A DNA stretch of 64,000 bases from Candidatus Omnitrophota bacterium (lineage in GTDB: Bacteria > Omnitrophota > Gorgyraeia > Zapsychrales > JANLHA01): positions 27 to 64,026 of the forward strand of contig JBBRHV010000007.1 of NCBI GenBank assembly GCA_038222225.1, read 5' to 3'. Under the pieces are notes generated by a model. That model saw only the letters and a list, made by a program, of their open reading frames with translations, had not been told where the DNA came from and made no database searches. Position 1 is the first letter of the stretch, and every line of letters begins with the position of its first letter. The translations under genes were made by a program, and so were the position numbers. Of this stretch, positions 56,741 through 64,000 are shown in pieces.

Positions 56741-57595
56741 CTATCTGCATCTTGCCAAATAATCTTCTAAAACTTTTTTATGATCAAAGGCGTATTCCCT
56801 GTCCAACAATTCCGGCAGGGGGACGATGCTTAAATTCTTTGCGTCATCCGCGGCCTTAGCTTCCCCTTCTCCCCGACCGATAAAGACCGTTGAAACCGTA
56901 TGAAACCGCGGATCCCGGTCAGGGTCCGAATAGACTTTCATTTGCTGAAAATCCACAAAGATCAGGCTTGTTTCTTCGCGGACTTCCCGCGCCACGGCCT
57001 GTTCCAGGCTTTCGCCATAATCCACAAATCCTCCCGGCAAAGCCCAACCATAAGGTGGATTGGACCGCTCGATAATAACAATCCCCGTTGGGAGCTCAAT
57101 GATCGCGTCAACCGTCACATACGGCCCCAACCCCAAGGTGTCCCGAACATGCCCAATGTATCCGCTCAAATTCTGCCTGAAAATTTCAAAATGGTCTCCA
57201 TCTGTCACGCAAACGAAGACCTGTTCAAATTCATGTTTTCCAAAACGGATAAATCGCAAAAGCTCCTGCGCCAAAACCTTGGCCGAAGCGCTTGCCGAGA
57301 TGACCCCCCGTTCACATCCGAACGGGATCAAGATCAATCTCTTGACGCCGAGTTCAGCCGCCTTATTCAAAACATCCCTGTATCCTTTTCGAACGCACTC
57401 CGCGTCCGCAAATGTCCCCGTAAACGAAAAACTGGCCATGATCGTATCATGATGCCCGTTCTCCATTTTCTGAACGATCACGTTCTGCCCGCCCTGCGGC
57501 TGATCGTCCTCAACCGATTCCAGCGCAACCGCGTCTGCAATGATCCCCTCTCCATCACCGTCAATAATTGTTATCTCCGTGTCTTGAATCAGCAT
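56741..57595 (-). CDS. Two-domain protein with an N-terminal macro-like domain and a C-terminal NUDIX hydrolase.
   Basis: Macro-like elements ADAVAL...QGGQNV and RLILIPFGCERGVIS are present. The Nudix box GWALPGGFVDYGESLEQAVAREVREETSL is present. Confidence 0.65.
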   Translation of the reverse strand: MLIQDTEITIIDGDGEGIIADAVALESVEDDQPQGGQNVIVQKMENGHHDTIMASFSFTGTFADAECVRKGYRDVLNKAAELGVKRLILIPFGCERGVISASASAKVLAQELLRFIRFGKHEFEQVFVCVTDGDHFEIFRQNLSGYIGHVRDTLGLGPYVTVDAIIELPTGIVIIERSNPPYGWALPGGFVDYGESLEQAVAREVREETSLIFVDFQQMKVYSDPDRDPRFHTVSTVFIGRGEGEAKAADDAKNLSIVPLPELLDREYAFDHKKVLEDYLARCR

Positions 57596-57598
57596 CTC

Positions 57599-59047
57599 TT
57601 AGGCGGCCTTCCCTTCATTAAACTGAATGACCAGTTTCTGGGCATACTCCAAAGCCTGTTTGGCAGTCGTCAGTTTTCCCAAACCCTGCTCCTCTTCAAC
57701 CTTTAATAAAATTTTCCCGAAAAGAGGCGACGGTTCTAATTCTAAACTGTTTACCAGGTCATGTCCATTAATCAATGGAACAAATGGCGCTTGATCCTCC
57801 TTCGAAAAAAAACGCTCAATAATCTCAAAACACATGTTTTGATGATGGATCTGATCTTCTTCGGTGGTCATCGGGCCGCGTGTCGAGCGCTGATCGGCCA
57901 AAGATAAGAGCGCGATACTCACGGCCTCCTCTGCGGTGTCCCGAAAATACCGGAAAAACGCCCGTTCGCTCGGACGTTTAAAATTTGAAAGATAGCCCGG
58001 CCTTAAATGCCAACGCACCATATTACAAACCACTCCCTTTTCGCGCGTTGAAAGTTTAAGCTCTTTCGCGACATGTTCGGAGATCTCCCGCCCCACATGC
58101 TCATGCCCATGAAAACAGATCCGTTCACCCTGACGCCGGCGGGTATCTGGTTTTCCGATATCATGAAGCAGACCAGCCAGTTTCAAAAGAGCCGCCCGGC
58201 TGCGGTTTCCAGCAATTTTTTCGTTCAGATACTCCGAAACTCTGGGATTTTTTTGAAACATGCGGATCACCCCATCGCACTGTTTAACAACCTCAAGAGA
58301 ATGCGGCCAAACGTTTAAATGATGATAGGTCCCCTGCTCGACTCCGAACATCAGACGCAGCTGAGGAATAACCCTGTCCAACAGACCCATCCGGTCCATG
58401 GCCTTAAAAACAACTCCGGCGGATGGCGACTCCAGGATCTTAAAAATCTCGTCGCGGATGCGTTCTGCCGAAACACTGCTGATCAGGTCGCGATCCTTTT
58501 TGATCTGGACCAGCGTCGCCTTCTCAATCCGGAATTTCAGCTGAGCCTGCGAAGAAAAAGCGCGCAGAAGTCTCAACGGGTCTTCAACGAATGCGCGCGG
58601 AGATGCCATGCGAATCAAACCGTCCTTCAGGTCCCGAAGCCCTTTGCCGAAATTCAATACCGCGGATGTCAATTCGACTTGATCTGCCAGGGAAGAAATG
58701 TCAATGCTCAGGGTATTAACGATAAAATCGCGTCGCTTTAAATCTTCCTTCAGGGTGTCCCCTCGGAAATCCGCGAAATCAAATGTGAGAATATTCCCTT
58801 TTTCTTTTTTGGCGACACGGCCGCAGCCATGTTCCTTATCCAGCAGAATAAACGCTCCGTGAATGGACTTCGCAAATGCCTTCGCAAATCCGATCGCATT
58901 GCGTTCTACCGCAAAATCAAAATCCGTAGATTGACGGTTGAGAATGAGATCGCGCACAAATCCCCCCACCAAGTACACGCCGACCTTGCGGCGTTTAGCG
59001 AACTTGCGCACCTCACACAAATATGGACAATCACTGATAAAAGGCAT
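57599..59047 (-). CDS. cca: CCA-adding tRNA nucleotidyltransferase (poly(A) polymerase head domain + HD domain).
   Basis: GGFVRDLILNR...DFDFAV and the HD motif LLHDIGKP are present. Confidence 0.85.
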   Translation of the reverse strand: MPFISDCPYLCEVRKFAKRRKVGVYLVGGFVRDLILNRQSTDFDFAVERNAIGFAKAFAKSIHGAFILLDKEHGCGRVAKKEKGNILTFDFADFRGDTLKEDLKRRDFIVNTLSIDISSLADQVELTSAVLNFGKGLRDLKDGLIRMASPRAFVEDPLRLLRAFSSQAQLKFRIEKATLVQIKKDRDLISSVSAERIRDEIFKILESPSAGVVFKAMDRMGLLDRVIPQLRLMFGVEQGTYHHLNVWPHSLEVVKQCDGVIRMFQKNPRVSEYLNEKIAGNRSRAALLKLAGLLHDIGKPDTRRRQGERICFHGHEHVGREISEHVAKELKLSTREKGVVCNMVRWHLRPGYLSNFKRPSERAFFRYFRDTAEEAVSIALLSLADQRSTRGPMTTEEDQIHHQNMCFEIIERFFSKEDQAPFVPLINGHDLVNSLELEPSPLFGKILLKVEEEQGLGKLTTAKQALEYAQKLVIQFNEGKAA

Positions 59048-59052
59048 ATCGT

Positions 59053-59460
59053 TTATTCTATGTTTGAAATAGAGGCGCTGCCGAGCACATCCTCTGCAAC
59101 GAAGATAGGCGCGCCGGCCCGAACAGCCAACGCGATACCATCTGAAGGGCGAGCATCAATTGAGCTCTCTTTTTCATCCTGAGTCTTGAGGATGATTTTT
59201 GCATAAAACGTCCCTTCAACCAAATCATCAATCAACACGCGCTCAACCCGGGCGCCCAGTCCTTCAATCGTTGCCAGAAGAAGATCATGGGTCAACGGGC
59301 GAGGCATTTGAACGTCGGTCACCTTCATCTTAATGCTTGAGGCCTCTAAGATCCCGATCATGATCGGGAAACTCCTTGTCCCGCTGGTCTCTTTGAGAAC
59401 AATAATCTGATCCTGCCTGCGCTCATCAATCACAATCCGGCTTAATTCTACACGGATCAT
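59053..59460 (-). CDS. Bifunctional nuclease (BFN/DUF151) family protein.
   Basis: The conserved ERVLIDDLVEGTFYAKIIL and ARPSDGIALAVRAGAPIFV are present. Confidence 0.7.
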   Translation of the reverse strand: MIRVELSRIVIDERRQDQIIVLKETSGTRSFPIMIGILEASSIKMKVTDVQMPRPLTHDLLLATIEGLGARVERVLIDDLVEGTFYAKIILKTQDEKESSIDARPSDGIALAVRAGAPIFVAEDVLGSASISNIE

Positions 59461-59461
59461 A

Positions 59462-59935
59462 TCATTTCCTTTTTTCCGCTTTTTCCCGTTCTAAAATATG
59501 CTGCAACTCACTCATGAATTGATTGACATCCCGGAACTGACGGTAGACACTGGCAAAACGGACATACGCCACCTCATCCATCTGCACCAGCTTTTTCATA
59601 ATCTCTTCACCGATGATACTAGAGTCCACTTCCCGGTCAAATTTTTTCTGAATAATGCGCTCAATATCTAATGTCACCTCTTCAATCTTGGCGATGGAAA
59701 CCGGCCGTTTCTCACAGGCCTTAACCAAACCACTGATGATCTTCGTGCGGTCAAAGGCCTGCCGGCGGCCGTCCTTTTTGACAACCATCAAGGGAACGCT
59801 CTCAACATATTCATAGGTCGTAAAGCGCTTCACGCACTTTAAACATTCCCTCCGGCGGCGAATAGACCCGCCGTCTCCGCAAATGCGGGAATCAATCACT
59901 TTGGTCTCTTTATAATCGCAAAACGGACATTTCAT
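59462..59935 (-). CDS. nrdR: Transcriptional repressor NrdR.
   Basis: A zinc ribbon MKCPFCDY...CLKC and an ATP-cone are present. Confidence 0.9.
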   Translation of the reverse strand: MKCPFCDYKETKVIDSRICGDGGSIRRRRECLKCVKRFTTYEYVESVPLMVVKKDGRRQAFDRTKIISGLVKACEKRPVSIAKIEEVTLDIERIIQKKFDREVDSSIIGEEIMKKLVQMDEVAYVRFASVYRQFRDVNQFMSELQHILEREKAEKRK

Positions 59936-59947
59936 ATTCAGCCTTTG

Positions 59948-61201
59948 CTAGCTCATCTTCAGATCAGAGTAAATCGGAAATTCCCGTGTTAATGCCAAAA
60001 CATCTTTGCGAACGCCTTCCAGCATTTTAGGCTCATCACGATGAACAATCGCCCGGTCAATGCAATCCGCAACCTGCGCCATCTCAGCCTCCTTCATGCC
60101 GCGCGTGGTCAAAGCCGGCGTTCCGATGCGGATACCGCTTGTCACCATCGGGCTTTCGGGATCAAAGGGAATTAAATTCTTATTCACGGTTATATGAACC
60201 TCATCTAAAACCGCTGAAGCATCTTTTCCGGTGATCTTCTTTGAACGCAGATCCACCATAAAAAGATGATTATCGGTTCCACCGGAAACAATGCGAAAGC
60301 CCTTGCCTTTCAAGGCCTCGCTCAAAGCTTTAGAATTTTTAACGATCTGCCTTTGATACAATTTAAATTCCTCTGATAACGATTCTTTAAAAGATACCGC
60401 TTTAGCGGCGATCACATGCATTAATGGCCCGCCCTGAATGCCCGGAAAAACATTGGCGTCTATGCGCTTTGCAAACTCGCTGCGGCATAAAATCATTCCA
60501 CCTCTGGGACCCCGCAATGTCTTGTGGGTTGTGGTCGTCACAAATTCCGCATAAGGAACCGGGTTGGGATGAATTCCGGCAGCCACCAATCCGGCAATGT
60601 GCGCCATATCCACAAACAGCACAGCGTTAACTTCGTCGCAAATTCCGCGAAACCTCTCAAAATCAATCGTTCTCGGATAAGCAGACGCCCCTGCTAAAAT
60701 CAGCTGCGGTTTATGCTCATGCGCCAGCGCCCGGATCTCATCGAAATCAAACATCTCGGTCTCTCGACTGACACCGTAATGCACGACATTATACATTTTT
60801 CCTGAAAAATTCATTTTATGGCCATGCGTTAAATGCCCGCCACAGGCCAAGTCCAGGGTCAAAATCGTGTCGCCCGGCTTAATGGCCACATTATACACCG
60901 CATTATTCGCCTGCGAACCCGAATGCGGCTGGACATTCACGTGATCCGCCCCAAAGAGCTGCTTGGCCCGCTCAATCGCCAATTCCTCAACCACATCCAC
61001 GTGTTCGCAGCCCCCATACCACCTGCGATGAGGATAGCCTTCGGCATATTTATTGGTCATCACACTGCCCTGGGCCTCCAGCACGGCTTCAGAAACAATA
61101 TTCTCCGAAGCGATCAGCTCCAGATTATTTCTTTGACGTTCCACTTCATCCGCGATCGCTTTAAAAACCTCTGGGTCTGTTTTCTTCAAATGATGATGCA
61201 T
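59948..61201 (-). CDS. glyA: Serine hydroxymethyltransferase.
   Basis: SHMT signatures are present throughout ([15 protein letters not shown]). The start is taken at [13 protein letters not shown]. Confidence 0.95.
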   Translation of the reverse strand: MHHHLKKTDPEVFKAIADEVERQRNNLELIASENIVSEAVLEAQGSVMTNKYAEGYPHRRWYGGCEHVDVVEELAIERAKQLFGADHVNVQPHSGSQANNAVYNVAIKPGDTILTLDLACGGHLTHGHKMNFSGKMYNVVHYGVSRETEMFDFDEIRALAHEHKPQLILAGASAYPRTIDFERFRGICDEVNAVLFVDMAHIAGLVAAGIHPNPVPYAEFVTTTTHKTLRGPRGGMILCRSEFAKRIDANVFPGIQGGPLMHVIAAKAVSFKESLSEEFKLYQRQIVKNSKALSEALKGKGFRIVSGGTDNHLFMVDLRSKKITGKDASAVLDEVHITVNKNLIPFDPESPMVTSGIRIGTPALTTRGMKEAEMAQVADCIDRAIVHRDEPKMLEGVRKDVLALTREFPIYSDLKMS

Positions 61202-61220
61202 GCGAATCTTCTCCTTCAAT

Positions 61221-61682
61221 CTAAAAATCATTCTTCATCATTGTACGTTCGATCATTTGTATTTTTTTGAAACGGCGCAAATGCCGCCCCCCTTCAAACT
61301 TCGTGGTCAGCCAAACTTCAACAATCTCCTGCAGCTGCGCTTTCGACACAAATTCTGCACCCAAAACCAGAATATTCGCATTATTATGTTCGCGGGACAT
61401 TTTTGCGCTTTCTTTATTGTAACACAACGCCGCATAAGCACCCGGGACTTTATTGGCCGCAATACTCAAACCCACGCCGCTCATGCACACCAGGATCCCG
61501 CGGCTGCCGCGGGTCTTAGAAACATGTTTTGCGACCTCAAAGGCGATCAACGGATAATCACACGGCTTTTCTTCAGAATACGCCCCCACATCAACGATCG
61601 CGTGTCCCAGCTTCTCTAACAGCTGAACGATTTCCGATTTGAGCCGAACACCTCGATGATCAGCCCCTACAAAAACAGTCAT
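61221..61682 (-). CDS. rpiB: Ribose-5-phosphate isomerase B.
   Basis: [11 protein letters not shown] and [24 protein letters not shown] are present. The start is taken at the internal Met. Confidence 0.85.
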   Translation of the reverse strand: MTVFVGADHRGVRLKSEIVQLLEKLGHAIVDVGAYSEEKPCDYPLIAFEVAKHVSKTRGSRGILVCMSGVGLSIAANKVPGAYAALCYNKESAKMSREHNNANILVLGAEFVSKAQLQEIVEVWLTTKFEGGRHLRRFKKIQMIERTMMKNDF

Positions 61683-61734
61683 ACCGGTTCCTTCTCTCAT
61701 GCCGAACACTTCCCTTTCATTATCCTGAACATAT

Positions 61735-62799
61735 TTAAAATAGCGCTGCCAGCTTTTGTACCGCCGCATCGATGACCGATACACACTCTTCATAGGCCGA
61801 TAAGGGCTGCCCCATAGGATCCGGAATTTCAATGCTTGCCCCGGCCCCTTCTTTAAGAAATTCCCTTAAAAGATAAACCCGGTCATAAACCTCTGGGGCA
61901 TGTTTCAAAACAACCTGACGATGCGCCTCGGTCATTACCAAAATCATGTCGGATTTATAAAGCATCGTGGAGCTTACGGACTGTGATAAATGCTGCGATG
62001 CATCAACCCCGCGTTTCTTAAGGACCTCCAACGATCCCCCGCTGGCTGCGGTGCTTAAAAAAACACCGGTCCCTGCTGAATAGACCTCCACATTCTGCTC
62101 TGGCCTTAAATACTTCTTCAATAAATATTCCGCCATAACCGAACGGCAGCTGTTCCCAGTACAAACCATCAAAATATTTTTCTGGTTACAAACCTCAACA
62201 ACATCCTGCTGTGAAATAAGGCCTTTTCTTAAGACAAGCGGCGGGTTCTGCGTGCAATCTACAACCGTCGAAGACGCGCCGTATTCCGACATGCCGGCAT
62301 CAATGGCGATATCAACCAGACCATTGAGCTCACGCAATGCCTCAGAACAGGTTGCCGGAGCCGGATGGCCTTCAAAATTTGCCGAAGGCGCCACAACCGT
62401 ACACTGAGCTTCGTTCAACAAAAGGGTGGCCACCGGATGCGCCGGCATACGAACTCCAATGGTCTTGCCGTCTTCCATGGCCGGCACAACAATGGTCAGC
62501 GGCCCAGGCCAAAACCGGTCAACGACCTTAAACAAGGCCGCACTGCGTAACGGAGTATACTTCAAAAGCAAACTGCGCTTAGGGATTAAAATCGAAAATG
62601 GTTTGTCCTCTGACCGCCTCTTCACTTCCTTGAGACGTTTGATCGCGCCCGGATGATCGGCATTGGCGGCGATGCCGTAAACGGTTTCCGTAGGAAAAAT
62701 GACAAGGCCGCCCTTTTCAATAACCTGTGCGCACCGGGCAATTTTGTCCCTCTCAGGAAAATACGGATGAACTTCAACCAATCGCGTATCACCGTTCAC
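61735..62799 (-). CDS. Fusion protein of an L-threonylcarbamoyladenylate synthase (TsaC/Sua5/YrdC domain) and a low-molecular-weight protein tyrosine/arginine phosphatase.
   Basis: YrdC motifs (IFPTETVYGIAANA, KRLKEVKRRSEDKPFSIL) occupy the N-terminal 200 aa. The C-terminus carries the LMW-PTP P-loop MVCTGNSCRS. Confidence 0.8.
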   Translation of the reverse strand: MNGDTRLVEVHPYFPERDKIARCAQVIEKGGLVIFPTETVYGIAANADHPGAIKRLKEVKRRSEDKPFSILIPKRSLLLKYTPLRSAALFKVVDRFWPGPLTIVVPAMEDGKTIGVRMPAHPVATLLLNEAQCTVVAPSANFEGHPAPATCSEALRELNGLVDIAIDAGMSEYGASSTVVDCTQNPPLVLRKGLISQQDVVEVCNQKNILMVCTGNSCRSVMAEYLLKKYLRPEQNVEVYSAGTGVFLSTAASGGSLEVLKKRGVDASQHLSQSVSSTMLYKSDMILVMTEAHRQVVLKHAPEVYDRVYLLREFLKEGAGASIEIPDPMGQPLSAYEECVSVIDAAVQKLAALF

Positions 62800-62801
62800 G
62801 C

Positions 62802-63281
62802 CTATGCTCCTCCTAAAATCTTCTTGCGTTCCTGTTCACGGTAATCCATCAGCTTCGCTTCAACGCCTGAATCCGATAACGCCAAAATACGCAATGCCAA
62901 GAAGGCCGCATTTTTGGCTCCGGCTTTTCCGACGGCCACACAGGCCACAGGAACCCCCGGCGGCATCTGAACCGTTGATAACAAAGCATCTAATCCGTCA
63001 AGATCCGAGGCATTCAAAGGCACCCCGATGACCGGCAAGCTGGTGTGCGCCGCGACTACTCCTGACAAGGCCGCCGACATTCCTGCTCCGCAGATGACAA
63101 CCTGGATGCCCCGCTCCTTTAATTGTTCAGCATATTCCGAAGTTTCCTTAGGCGTGCGGTGCGCCGAAAGAACTCTAAGCTCAAACCCGACCCCGAATCC
63201 TTCCAAGACCTGACCTGACAATTCCATGACCGGCATATCAGACTTGCTCCCCATCATAATCGCGACCTTAACATTTGCCAT
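62802..63281 (-). CDS. purE: N5-carboxyaminoimidazole ribonucleotide mutase.
   Basis: VAIMMGSKSD and the PurE class I core are present. Confidence 0.9.
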   Translation of the reverse strand: MANVKVAIMMGSKSDMPVMELSGQVLEGFGVGFELRVLSAHRTPKETSEYAEQLKERGIQVVICGAGMSAALSGVVAAHTSLPVIGVPLNASDLDGLDALLSTVQMPPGVPVACVAVGKAGAKNAAFLALRILALSDSGVEAKLMDYREQERKKILGGA

Positions 63282-63305
63282 GATTTTCTCCTTTCAGACG
63301 AACCC

Positions 63306-64000
63306 TTAAACCGTTTCCTGCTGAATATGCTTCAACGCCTTAGCCCCAATATCCCGGCGAAAAAAGCAATGATCAAAATGAACCATATCCACAATCTTAT
63401 AGGTATTCTCAATAGCGCCTTCAATTCCTTCTCCCAGCGCTGTCACGCCCAACACGCGCCCCCCAGAAGTGACGGTCACATTGCCCTGCCGTTTTGTCCC
63501 GGCATGAAACACGATGCCTTCCTGAGAGACGGCTGCCTTTTCTAAACCTTGGATGACCATTCCCTTATCATAAGAGCCCGGATAACCCCCAGAACTCATC
63601 ACCACGCAGACACACGCGCGACGGTCCCAATCCAGATCAATTTGATCGATCCGCCGGTCACAGGCGGCCAAAATCACATCCATCAGGTCTGTCTTCAAAC
63701 GAGGCAGAACCGCCTGCGCTTCCGGATCCCCGAAACGCGCATTGAATTCCAAAACCATCGGCCCTTCATCCGTAATCATGAGGCCCGCATATAAAACGCC
63801 CTGAAACGGCATCTTATCCATCACCATACCGCGGATCACCGGTTCAATCACTTGAGTTTCAATTTTGGCCAGCATCAGGTCATTGACGAGCGGAGCCGGT
63901 GAATACGCACCCATTCCACCGGTATTGGGCCCCAGATCATCATCAAAAATCCTCTTGTGATCCTGAGAGCTCTCCAAAACAACATACCGTTCTCCGTCGG
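63306..64000 (-). CDS. purD: Phosphoribosylamine-glycine ligase, C-terminal part (the start lies beyond the window).
   Basis: The ATP-grasp C-domain (GPNTGGMGAYSP, VLEFNARFGDPE) is present. Confidence 0.85.
   Translation of the reverse strand, partial: DGERYVVLESSQDHKRIFDDDLGPNTGGMGAYSPAPLVNDLMLAKIETQVIEPVIRGMVMDKMPFQGVLYAGLMITDEGPMVLEFNARFGDPEAQAVLPRLKTDLMDVILAACDRRIDQIDLDWDRRACVCVVMSSGGYPGSYDKGMVIQGLEKAAVSQEGIVFHAGTKRQGNVTVTSGGRVLGVTALGEGIEGAIENTYKIVDMVHFDHCFFRRDIGAKALKHIQQETV

Overview
This 64-kb chromosomal window comes from a diderm bacterium with Firmicutes-like gene order, and it is almost entirely transcribed on the minus strand. The lineage inference rests on an LptD/OstA gene and a GT9 heptosyltransferase (diderm), a DnaK lacking the Gram-negative insert, and Bacillus-like hrcA-grpE-dnaK-dnaJ and ywlC-ywlE-rpiB-glyA order.

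Blocks along the window:
(1) 1-7362: the N-terminal 2,400+ codons of a giant secreted protein. It has a signal peptide, a SpvB/TcB N-terminal domain, YD/RHS repeats, and at least five fibronectin-III-like modules at its C-terminal side. A single-base frameshift interrupts it near 6766, and its 3' end is off-window.
(2) 7363-8525: a palindrome-rich leader followed by a REP-associated IS200-like Y1 transposase (RAYT).
(3) 8708-27717: a roughly 19-kb, tightly coupled glycan/LPS operon, examined further in the findings. It starts with a ROK kinase, LptD, two NDP-sugar dehydrogenases and a UDP-glucuronate decarboxylase. It then carries a TPP-dependent E1alpha/E1beta pair, a GDP-fucose-synthase homologue lacking its catalytic residues, an SDR epimerase, a B12 radical-SAM enzyme and GDP-heptose genes (HddA/HddC-like). 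It ends with two DegT-family enzymes, one with a ColD-like Lys-to-His change, plus a deacetylase, a heptosyltransferase and a GT2.
(4) Two intergenic islands (16889-17055 and 27718-28206) carry the same 10-bp tandem unit AYAYATTGAA in opposite orientations, together with TTGTTTC heptamer repeats.
(5) 28207-34373: two GGDEF diguanylate cyclases, an orphan MalK-type ATPase, accD, DUF1015 and an FmdB zinc-ribbon gene.
(6) 34416-42893: a heat-shock supercluster of dnaJ-dnaK-grpE-hrcA with a textbook CIRCE and sigmaA promoter, followed by clpB preceded by a second CIRCE-like site, and an HspR-like MerR gene.
(7) 43143-47712: a candidate periplasmic glycosylation module on the plus strand (GtrB-like GT2, GT4) followed by a minus-strand TMTC/PMT-like GT-C with TPR repeats.
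(8) 47725-64000: housekeeping and envelope genes. These are hflX, miaA, an ECF sigma with a zf-HC2 anti-sigma and a DUF3106 protein, SPFH/NfeD, a HAMP-only membrane protein with a CII-like HTH protein, a DUF481 barrel, aroK, a Macro-NUDIX fusion, cca, a BFN nuclease, nrdR, glyA, rpiB, a TsaC-LMW-PTP fusion, purE and partial purD.

All calls are made by eye from the six-frame translations and the motifs quoted in each entry. No database search was run.
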